A DNA stretch of 64,000 bases from Myxococcota bacterium (GTDB lineage: Bacteria; Myxococcota_A; UBA9160; UBA6930). Of the stretch, positions 58,145 through 64,000 are shown piece after piece. The DNA lies in the NCBI GenBank assembly GCA_965223705.1, contig OZ245015.1, positions 1,440,001 through 1,504,000 on the forward strand, given 5' to 3'. Made by a program: the position numbers and the translations under genes. Under the pieces are notes generated by a model. That model did not search any database. It was not told where the DNA came from and saw nothing but the letters and a program-made list of their open reading frames with translations. Positions within the stretch are counted from its first letter, which is position 1; each line of letters opens with the position of its first letter.

Positions 58145-58881
58145 GCGTACGAACTCTCTTCGCAACCGAAGCGACCTGCGCGACCACCGAGGCGCAGCTC
58201 GACGCTTACGTGCTCGACGAGCTCCTGCCCCGCCGGGCGGAGCGGATCACGCGGCATCTCGAGCGATGCGCCGACTGCCGCGCGGCGGTTCGCGATCAAC
58301 GCGAGCTCTTCGCGTTGATCCCTCAAGCCCTCGAGCCCGTGAATCCGCCGCCCGAGGTCCTCGAAGGGCTCCTGCGACGCGTCCGAAAGCCCGAACGACG
58401 CTCGTGGACCTTGGGAGCCGGCATGGCGGCTTCGGCGGCCGCAGCAGCTCTCCTGGTTCTCGTGATGCAGCCGCTGGCGGCGAGCTCGCTCGTACAAGCG
58501 CTGCGTTCTCCCGACATTGCCGTGATCAACTTGTTCGCCGCTCTCGATGCGCCCTTGTCCTCGCGATACGAATACCGGACGGCGTCTCACGTGCAGTTCG
58601 ATCGCAGCGTCGGACGCATACTCTTCAACACGCGGTCGGGTCAATGGGAGCTGGCCGTACACGGTCTCCCGCGTCCCCCCCGTGGTTCGCGCTACGTCCT
58701 GTCGACCTGGGAAGGGACGACGGAAAAGGAGCTCGGAACGATCGAGCGCTGGGAAGACGGCGTCGCGACGCTCAAGGGCGCTTCGGGGCGCGATCTGACG
58801 CAGATGGATCGTCTCTCACTGCAACTCGTTTCCGCGAGTTCCAAGCTACGATTGCTCGATGCCGTTCCGGGAGCTTGGTAA
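58141..58881 (+). CDS. ZAS anti-sigma factor (RskA-like)
   Basis: HLERCADC (HxxxCxxC), PPP linker, TM helix, GLPRPP..Y.L.W extracytoplasmic domain; ATGA coupling to sigma. Confidence 0.85.
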   Translation: MSVRTLFATEATCATTEAQLDAYVLDELLPRRAERITRHLERCADCRAAVRDQRELFALIPQALEPVNPPPEVLEGLLRRVRKPERRSWTLGAGMAASAAAAALLVLVMQPLAASSLVQALRSPDIAVINLFAALDAPLSSRYEYRTASHVQFDRSVGRILFNTRSGQWELAVHGLPRPPRGSRYVLSTWEGTTEKELGTIERWEDGVATLKGASGRDLTQMDRLSLQLVSASSKLRLLDAVPGAW

Positions 58882-59716
58882 GGGCACGCATCGGTTAAGC
58901 GCCCCGCTCGCAGCGCTTGCCGCGGCTTGCGCGCTCGCGTTCGCGCCCTCGTGTTCGGGCGGGAAGAACCGCCTCTACCCGCGACCCGCACCCATGGAAG
59001 TTCACGCGGACAGCGACTTGTCGTCGGGGCAGCAGACCCGGCTCGGTGACATCCGCCGGTTCTTGGCGCCCGCGGATCAAGCCCAACTCGAGCGCACACT
59101 CGCGCAGCTCGCCGAAGATCCGAATCTCGACAAGAAGGTCGGCGAGGAAGCGCTGCAGCGAGCCCTATCGGGTTTCTCTGGCGCCGAGGGCTTCTGTCAG
59201 CGGGTTCGCGACGAGCTGCGACCGCATCGGTTGTCGGGGCCCATCGCCGCGGCGCCCGAGCGGGTGGCGTTCGCCGTGTCGATCCGCGAAGCCCACGAGC
59301 GCTGGCTCAGCGCAACGGGTCGGGGCCGGTTTCCAGACCCCAAGGCCCTCGCGCGAGCCGTCCGAGATGGTCAACACACGTCGGAAGACTTCGCGCCGGG
59401 CGCTTCGCTCGGACTCCCGGGAGAGCCTCTTTTTGTCACCGACGCGTTGGCCTTCGCCGAGCGAAAAGGACCGAGTGCGGCGACGCGGCTGTGCCTGACC
59501 GGTCCGGCTTCGCCGAGCTACGTCGTGGCGTTGATTCGCACGGCGGATCTTCCCGGTGACCTCCACGTGCCGACCGCTGCCGATGGTGCGTGTCGAAAGC
59601 GGTTCGAACTCCCCGAGGCGGGCGCGGCCACGGGGAAGAACTGCGGCGGCCAACCGGAATTCGTGAGTGCCCCCGCGACGGTGGGCCAGGTCGCCGAGTT
59701 TCGGCTCTTTCGGTAA
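58859..59716 (+). CDS. Hypothetical exported protein, probable lipoprotein
   Basis: Hydrophobic signal ending FAPSC; start uncertain (ATG overlaps anti-sigma 3' end). Confidence 0.65.
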   Translation: MPFRELGKGTHRLSAPLAALAAACALAFAPSCSGGKNRLYPRPAPMEVHADSDLSSGQQTRLGDIRRFLAPADQAQLERTLAQLAEDPNLDKKVGEEALQRALSGFSGAEGFCQRVRDELRPHRLSGPIAAAPERVAFAVSIREAHERWLSATGRGRFPDPKALARAVRDGQHTSEDFAPGASLGLPGEPLFVTDALAFAERKGPSAATRLCLTGPASPSYVVALIRTADLPGDLHVPTAADGACRKRFELPEAGAATGKNCGGQPEFVSAPATVGQVAEFRLFR

Positions 59717-59745
59717 CGGCATCCCGCTAGCGGTATCATGGGTTG

Positions 59746-60867
59746 GTGATTTCGTTCCCCTACCGTTTCGACCGCGGCGTATGGCTGCTGATTTCCCTGG
59801 GGGTCCACGCGCTGATCTTCTCGGGCTGGTTGGTCTGGCTGGGCCAGCGAGAGGTGGAGCGGGAACCGATCGAGATCTCCCTCCTTCGAGAGGCTGAGGC
59901 GGAGCCCGACGAGCTACCTCCGCCGGGGCCAAAGCTGCAGTTTCGCGATCCGACGCACCCCAAGGTGCGTGAGAGCGTCGAAATTCCGAAAGAGATTCTC
60001 GCCCTCACGCCGCCGCCGATCGACGCCGTCCTGACGCCCAGCGCGATGGGAGGCGGCATGGGTCTCGAAGCGACCCGCGCGCGCAGTCTCTCGGCGTTCG
60101 CCGTGGGCGGATCGGGCGGCGGCTACGCAGGGCAGGGCTTCGGGCGAGGCAACGCGGCAGGCGGGGCGGGGAGCTTCCAGGACTACGTCGGCGGCTTGCG
60201 GCAGGGAGGGCTCGACGTCGTCTTCGTGATCGACGCCACCGGATCGATGGGTTGGCTGATCGACGAAGTGAAGACCCGCGTGCGTCACCTGTCCAACTGG
60301 ATCCGCAGCTTGGTCCCGACGACACGCTTCGGCGTCGTCGCTTACCGCGACCACGACGATCCCGAGTTCGTGACCCAGGTCCGGAAGCTCACGTTGAGCG
60401 TTCGCAAGGTCAAACGCTTTCTCGAAGATCTCGAGACGCGGGGCGGCGGTGACCTACCCGAAGCGGTGGGTGCAGGCCTTGAGCGCGCGATCGCCGACGC
60501 GGGTTGGAAGGCGACGAGCAAGCAAGTGATCATCGTGATCGGGGATGCGCCGCCCCACCCGGAGCGAATGGCGGCGAACGTCGCGGCGGTGGCGGCGTGG
60601 AGAGCGCGGGGCGGAACGGTCACGACACTCGACGTGAGCTTCGACGCCAACCCGGAGCTTGCGGCGCGACAACTCAAGCGCCGCGTCGAAGATCTCCAGA
60701 CCATCCGTCCACGTGGGCCCCGAGACGAGTTCGTCGCCCTGGCCCGCGCCGGGGGAGGTGACGCCTCCACACTGAAGGGCGATCTCCAAGTCGTGCGCCA
60801 GCTCGCGGTGCTGATTTTCGGCGAAGAATGGTCGGACGACGTTCGGCCGTTGCTCGGCGAGCTCTAG
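59746..60867 (+). CDS. Membrane-anchored VWA domain protein
   Basis: TM with SLGVH, Pro/Gly-rich linker, VFVIDATGSM MIDAS, GGGDLPEAV, IGDAPPH; GTG 59746 (TTG 59743 alternative). Confidence 0.88.
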   Translation: MISFPYRFDRGVWLLISLGVHALIFSGWLVWLGQREVEREPIEISLLREAEAEPDELPPPGPKLQFRDPTHPKVRESVEIPKEILALTPPPIDAVLTPSAMGGGMGLEATRARSLSAFAVGGSGGGYAGQGFGRGNAAGGAGSFQDYVGGLRQGGLDVVFVIDATGSMGWLIDEVKTRVRHLSNWIRSLVPTTRFGVVAYRDHDDPEFVTQVRKLTLSVRKVKRFLEDLETRGGGDLPEAVGAGLERAIADAGWKATSKQVIIVIGDAPPHPERMAANVAAVAAWRARGGTVTTLDVSFDANPELAARQLKRRVEDLQTIRPRGPRDEFVALARAGGGDASTLKGDLQVVRQLAVLIFGEEWSDDVRPLLGEL

Positions 60868-60873
60868 CCGCGC

Positions 60874-61021
60874 GCGTGTAGCCCGGGGCCGGAGGGGAGC
60901 GGGTGTCGTGCTCAGAGTTCCGGCGCTCGGGCCTCTCTGCCTAGCGCGGTCAACCAGCGCGCCTCCACATTCCGCGCGCCACCCGCTCCCCTCCGGCCCC
61001 TCGCGCCGTGGGAGCTACGCG
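60874..61021. repeat. Long intergenic inverted repeat / candidate structured RNA
   Basis: Perfect 21-bp arms 60885-60905 and 60980-61000 with further inner and outer pairing. Confidence 0.75.
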
Positions 61022-61071
61022 AATTCGCATCGAAACGCACGGTGCCCCACCCGCAACGACCCGGCCTCGAT

Positions 61072-61767
61072 CTAGTTCGGGAAGTTGTACTCGAGAAGAA
61101 GCTGCTCCATGTGGTTCTTCTCGCTCTTCTCCATGTCGTCCGTTTCGCTCTTGATGAGCCCGACGCCGCGCGCGTAGTAGTCGCGATAGGCGACCTGGGG
61201 CTCCGGCGTCGATTCGGACTCATCGATGTAGACGGTTTCGACGAGCAACACGTCTCGAAAAGTTCCCGCCGGAACGGTCACTTCGTCGACGTGAGAAACT
61301 TTTCCGTCCCAGCCGAGCTTACCGCCGCCGCCTTCGGGAGTTCCGAACATGCGCGTCGATTGTTGCCAGGACTGGCCGTCTTCGGGCTCGGTGGGTAGCA
61401 AGCGCACGGGGAAATCTTCGCCGAGAAGAACCAAGTCGCCCTTGTCGTTGTAGTCGATACCGACGAGCCGGAGGTGGAACTCGTCATCTTGGAGGTACGC
61501 GACCGGCGCGGTGCGCACGAAGCCCATGGCGGCTCCCAGATTCCGCTCTTCGATGATGAAAGCCGGCCCGAAACGGGGGAGTTCGCGATCGCCGATGGCC
61601 TTCATCTCGACTTCGAGCTCACCGACGGGTGACTGAAGTTGATACTTCCAACGGGTCCCTTCGACCAGCGGAAAGTAATCCTCGCCCGCTTCGCCCGTCG
61701 CGGGCTGACGGTCGGGCGCGCAGGCGAGAAGCGCCGCGCAAACCAGGGCCGCGGCGAGGCGCTTCAC
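61072..61767 (-). CDS. Lipoprotein, DUF3108/TapB-like
   Basis: GTG 61767, lipobox LLAC; YFPL..G..WKY, VTVPAGTF, YYARGVGLIK. Confidence 0.75.
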   Translation of the reverse strand: MKRLAAALVCAALLACAPDRQPATGEAGEDYFPLVEGTRWKYQLQSPVGELEVEMKAIGDRELPRFGPAFIIEERNLGAAMGFVRTAPVAYLQDDEFHLRLVGIDYNDKGDLVLLGEDFPVRLLPTEPEDGQSWQQSTRMFGTPEGGGGKLGWDGKVSHVDEVTVPAGTFRDVLLVETVYIDESESTPEPQVAYRDYYARGVGLIKSETDDMEKSEKNHMEQLLLEYNFPN

Positions 61768-64000
61768 TAAGCGCCGTCCCCGCCCGCTTTTTTCTCGCCC
61801 ACGGTCGCGGCGAACTTCGGCTGGAAGACCGTGGTAAACGCCGGGACGAGCAGGATGGCTCCGAACATGTTCGCGATGAGAAGGATCGACAGAAGAAGAC
61901 TCATGTCGCCGGCAAAGCGCAGACTGCTGATGATCTTCCAAAAGATGATCCCTCCGACGAGCGTTGAGCCTGTAAAGAATACGGCCATGCCCGTCGTTCG
62001 GATTGCTATCCGTAACGATTCCTCGAGGTTATGTCCCCGTTTTCTCTCGTTGACGACCCGGTCCATGATGTAGAGGGCATAGTCAACCCCCACGCCGACC
62101 CCGAGGGCCTGCACGGGCAGGGTGTTCACGTCGAAGCCGATGTTCGTCAACCACATGTACCCGAGGGAGATGAGCGCCGCCGTGCCAAGCGATGTGACGA
62201 GCAGAATCCCGATCGCAAAGGAGCGGTAGGACAGCAGAATCACGACAAAGACCGTGGTGAACGACGCGATGAGCGTGGCGTTGTTGCTGCCTTCGACTTC
62301 TTCGTTACTCGCGCCAAGCACGCCCATAAGGCCGGATGCCAGTGCGTAGCTCGTGCCTTCGGCCCACTGTCCAGACTCGCGTCGGACCCAGTCTCGTCCC
62401 TGGTACTGGACCCACAGTTCGTCGGCTTCGTAGAGCCCGCGTTTGCGCATCTGCGCGTGGATGCCGAGCTCTTCGTCCTGCCATTCGGCCCGCACGACGT
62501 AGTCGCGCCGATCGAGTTCCGCCGCCTGCTGTAGGGCGTAAGCCGTTACGAGGTCGAATCCGGGAACTTCGGCCAAGCGCTCGAGATTCGCGTCCGCGAG
62601 CTTCTGAACGGTGTCGTAGCCATTCTCCGTCAGTGCGTTGACGAGTTCCTTGGTCGTCCGCGGCAACGTGAGAATCCAATCGGTGGAGTCTTCCGGCGGC
62701 GGTTCGCGGCGATTCGGTTCGGTGACGCTCGCGGTCTCGTAAAAACCGTCGTCGTTACGGAGCTGTACGACCATCTCGGGTTTTCGGGGCGGCGCCAGAG
62801 GTCCAAGCCACCACAACACGCGCGCGAGCAGGTCGTCGTCCGGCGTTTCGAGATGAATCCGAACGCGGCCGGTCGGACGTTGCTCGATGTAGTGCTCGGC
62901 GCGCTCCACCGCGTGGCGGATCGTGTCACCTTGGTGGTCCGCATAGAAGATCCGCACGGCGGCGTTTTGGGCTTCTTGGTCCCGGTAGGGATCGAGGAGT
63001 CGCGGATCCGGAGAGCCCGCTTCGTACAGGTAGAGCAGGCCACCGATCTCGATGTCGGTGGGCGGCGTCGCGAACCACCGCGGGTCGCCGTTGTGGAACG
63101 TGCGGTTGATCTGCTTCAAGAAGTCGACGATCGAAAGCGAACCACCGACTTTGGCGTCCTGCTCCATGTAGCGCTGGAAGCCCTCGATCTCGTTCATCAC
63201 TTCCGGCCGGTGAATACCACCGGGCTGCTCCGTTTCCACGATGACCATCAGGTCGTCCGCCCCGAAGAACTTCGTACTGATGAGCTGCGCGGACTGATTG
63301 AACTCGGAATCTTCGTAGAGGATCGGCGTGCCCGGACGCGATTCGCCGACCTTCACGTCGAGCGCGACACTCGCGCACAACACGACGACCACGGCCCAGA
63401 TCGCCAAGATGACTTTGGACGACCGCTTGCCGGTGGCGAGGTTCGCGATGCCGTCGAGGAACTTGAGCACCGGTGCCGGCGTGTAGTGATCGAAGCTCTT
63501 CGGCGCCGGGAAGTAGGCGATCATCAACCGGTTGAGGAGCATTTCCGTCACGGCGATCGAGAGCGCCCAGAACGCACCGAAGAGGGCGACTTTCTTCATC
63601 AACGCAATCGATGAAACGCCGATCACGAAAATGCCGAAGGCGTCGGTGATAATCGCCAGGGTTCCGGGCAACAACAGCTCGGCCATCGAACTGATGACGG
63701 CCTCGTGTTTGTCGCGAAGCCGCTGGTACTCCTCGTAGAAACGTTCCACGAACTGCACCGAGTGACTGACCGCGCGGGCGGTGATCAGCATGGGGATCAC
63801 CAGCACGAGCGGTTCTAACTGGTACCCCATGATGGAGATGAACCCGAGCCCCCAGATCGCCGACACGACGGCGCCGGAGAAGGGCATCACGATGCCGTAC
63901 CAATGCCGGAAGTAGATTCCGAGGAGCACCACCAGGATGAGCAGGCTCAGGCCCAGAATGAGGATGATCTCGGTGGCGTAGAAGAAGGTCCAGCCGAGAA
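61767..64000 (-). CDS. MMPL/RND family transporter (5' part outside window)
   Basis: Two TM bundles, ARAVSHSVQF, GVGVGVDYALY, TGMAVFFTGSTL; frame open to window end. Confidence 0.9.
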   Translation of the reverse strand, partial: LGWTFFYATEIILILGLSLLILVVLLGIYFRHWYGIVMPFSGAVVSAIWGLGFISIMGYQLEPLVLVIPMLITARAVSHSVQFVERFYEEYQRLRDKHEAVISSMAELLLPGTLAIITDAFGIFVIGVSSIALMKKVALFGAFWALSIAVTEMLLNRLMIAYFPAPKSFDHYTPAPVLKFLDGIANLATGKRSSKVILAIWAVVVVLCASVALDVKVGESRPGTPILYEDSEFNQSAQLISTKFFGADDLMVIVETEQPGGIHRPEVMNEIEGFQRYMEQDAKVGGSLSIVDFLKQINRTFHNGDPRWFATPPTDIEIGGLLYLYEAGSPDPRLLDPYRDQEAQNAAVRIFYADHQGDTIRHAVERAEHYIEQRPTGRVRIHLETPDDDLLARVLWWLGPLAPPRKPEMVVQLRNDDGFYETASVTEPNRREPPPEDSTDWILTLPRTTKELVNALTENGYDTVQKLADANLERLAEVPGFDLVTAYALQQAAELDRRDYVVRAEWQDEELGIHAQMRKRGLYEADELWVQYQGRDWVRRESGQWAEGTSYALASGLMGVLGASNEEVEGSNNATLIASFTTVFVVILLSYRSFAIGILLVTSLGTAALISLGYMWLTNIGFDVNTLPVQALGVGVGVDYALYIMDRVVNERKRGHNLEESLRIAIRTTGMAVFFTGSTLVGGIIFWKIISSLRFAGDMSLLLSILLIANMFGAILLVPAFTTVFQPKFAATVGEKKAGGDGA

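Noticed and set aside
60885..61000. tRNA-Sec, tmRNA or SRP RNA identity for the long hairpin
   Set aside because: No TTCA anticodon loop, T-loop, CCA end or SRP domain IV motif on either strand
60912..61398. ORFs 60912..61223 (-) and 61042..61398 (+)
   Set aside because: Overlap the lipoprotein gene off-frame or antisense and the hairpin; no motifs or RBS

Overview
High-GC bacterial chromosomal window. Protein styles (N-terminally extended RecG, RpoB/C, MMPL and thiolase content) suggest a deltaproteobacterial/Myxococcota-like organism; this is inference only. 1-23.4 kb: rpoB (partial), rpoC and a fused str-S10-spc-alpha ribosomal superoperon that cleanly lacks rplC (L3), rplX (L24), rpsN (S14), map, infA and rpsD (S4). 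23.4-40.6 kb: housekeeping genes (TlpA, FtsB-like, argS, SPOR, rfbD, UXS, lepAB, pyrR-pyrB-pyrC-carAB with a PyrR-binding hairpin over the pyrR RBS, recG). 40.6-52.7 kb: TPP enzyme, K+-independent H+-PPase, alaC-hom-thrC (plant-type)-ribE, a secreted Nma111/DEG7-like tandem HtrA protease and a 2xGST_N protein. 52.7-64 kb: accessory region with thiolase/CoA-ligase/GST, nitroreductase plus a small helical protein, ECF sigma/ZAS anti-sigma, a lipoprotein with a possible toxin-like domain, a TonB-anchor VWA protein, a ~150-nt intergenic hairpin, a DUF3108-like lipoprotein and a partial MMPL transporter with an inserted helix-hairpin-helix domain. No rRNA, tRNA, CRISPR or IS element was seen. All family assignments come from motif recognition by eye, not database searches.
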